Assembly: GCF_020745735.1 (NCBI RefSeq)
Contig: NC_083453.1
Location: 15,755,849-15,819,848 of the forward strand
Direction: 5' to 3'
Source: Hemiscyllium ocellatum
Lineage: Eukaryota
DNA length: 64,000 bases
Positions 63,543 to 64,000 of the stretch are shown here, piece after piece; the stretch's first letter is position 1; the number at the start of each line of letters is the position of its first letter. Made by a program: the position numbers and the translations under genes. Under the pieces are notes generated by a model. The model ran no database searches, was not told the origin of the DNA, and saw only the letters and a program-made list of their open reading frames with translations.

Positions 63543-64000
63543 AGTGTTCACTCATTTATTTCTCCTTTCCTGTGCAACAGAGCTAACTGTGCTGCAATGA
63601 ATTTGGCTTTTGCTACTTTCCTCAGAGAAGCCATTCACCGACCCCCCCACAACAATATCCAAAGCAGTATATGTGTTTTGCTGGGGAATGGCTACAGTGG
63701 ATTGCCTGCCTATTTCCCTTACTCTACCCAGTGATCATCCTTTAGATTTACCTGTGAAAATCAAACAATATCAATTACTCAAGGGCACTTCTCTGAACCT
63801 CTGCACTATTGCCCTTACAAACGATCAACCCAAAATAAAGATCTTATAAATTATAAGCAATAAAAATACTCACAATGAAGGTTTGGTTTGGGGACGGGCA
63901 AAGGGGAAGCAAATAGTTCACAATGGAAATTAAAACAAGGAAAAAGATAACAGTTCAAGGGAAGTGAGGAAATGCTTCCTTGAACAGGAATTTTGTTCTG

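Overview
Eukaryotic (vertebrate) genomic DNA, almost certainly from a cartilaginous fish: it carries HE1-type V-SINEs, Deu-type SINEs, abundant CR1 LINEs and Penelope-like element ends typical of elasmobranchs. The window holds a three-gene Wnt cluster that I assembled exon by exon with canonical GT-AG junctions and matching phases. wnt10b is on the minus strand (4 coding exons, 17522->4929, 383 aa). An intact wnt6-family gene is also on the minus strand (4 exons, 42698->28315, 353 aa). wnt1 is on the plus strand (exons 1-3 at 49364-54578; exon 4 is not in the window). Main finding: an intact Wnt6 sits between Wnt10b and Wnt1, so the ancestral Wnt1-Wnt6-Wnt10 triplet is kept on the paralogon where human has only WNT1-WNT10B. 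Secondary findings: (1) a non-canonical WERGDC in place of the WxWGGC motif in Wnt10b; (2) about ten Penelope-like 3' ends carrying minimal hammerhead-ribozyme cores, including a 130-bp foldback with a 20-bp terminal array and a TSD-flanked insertion with an internal 29-bp inversion; (3) kilobase UG-rich intronic tracts; (4) candidate enhancers with TCF/LEF, PBX-MEIS and OTX motifs. No database searches were run, so family names come from recognition of motifs only.
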